Assembly: GCF_036321535.1 (NCBI RefSeq)
Contig: NC_087441.1
Coordinates: 19,530,001 to 19,594,000 of the forward strand
DNA from: Camelus dromedarius
Taxonomy: Eukaryota
Direction of reading: 5' to 3'
DNA: 64,000 bases
The first letter of the stretch is position 1. Each line of letters begins with the position of its first letter. The notes under the pieces are model-generated. The model had not been told where the DNA came from and did not search any database. It saw only the letters and a program-made list of their open reading frames with translations. Shown piece by piece: positions 63,746 through 64,000 of this stretch. Made by a program: the position numbers and the translations under genes.

Positions 63746-64000
63746 TAATGAGGCTTATTTCATGAAAAATAGTCTGCTTGACTTAAAGGGAACAAAAGGA
63801 AGGGCAGAACGCCTTTCTAATGCAGAGTGCGGACATAAATGTTGGAAGGAAGAATGATGGGAAGGACTGTAAAAGGCCACGGGCCAGGATGGGATGGAGA
63901 AAAAGGCTAGAAAAGTTGCAGCTTTAAAGTGCAGGGCCATCTGAGGCCAGAAGAGTCATTTGGGCTCATAGAACCAGAAAAACAAACAAACAAACAAACA

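Larger units (their letters stand above)
1..64000 (-). other. AIG1: Window lies within the AIG1 transcription unit (part of intron 3, exon 4, intron 4 of ~35 kb, exon 5, start of intron 5)
   Basis: Two minus-strand exons encode consecutive AIG1 peptide segments in the correct order, with phase compatible with the 116-nt human exon 4. Confidence 0.95.

Overview
Mammalian (very probably camelid) genomic DNA lying inside the AIG1 gene (androgen-induced gene 1, a Thr/His FAHFA hydrolase), transcribed on the minus strand. Two coding exons are visible. Exon 4 is at 36538-36474, with its last ~51 nt and donor lost in an N gap; exon 5 is complete at 1184-1021. Exon numbers follow my recollection of human AIG1. 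The rest is intron (part of intron 5, all of intron 4, part of intron 3) and is dense in repeats: L1, L2, MIR, hAT and Tigger DNA transposons, MaLR/ERVL LTRs, five ERV1-type solo LTRs with 4-bp target-site duplications, and a camelid tRNA-derived SINE. A full-length, heavily decayed gamma-actin (ACTG1) processed pseudogene (5'UTR to poly-A, ~1.9 kb) sits antisense in intron 4. The most notable observations are: (i) a ~94%-identical inverted pair of young solo LTRs 5.2 kb apart, with three different tandem solo LTRs forming a possible antisense transcription unit; (ii) a recent complex templated insertion inside an old L1; (iii) an open read-through frame plus a canonical poly(A) site after AIG1 exon 5. 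No prokaryotic-type system (CRISPR, operon, etc.) is present. Repeat family names come from recalled consensus sequences, not a database search, and boundaries of old repeats are approximate.
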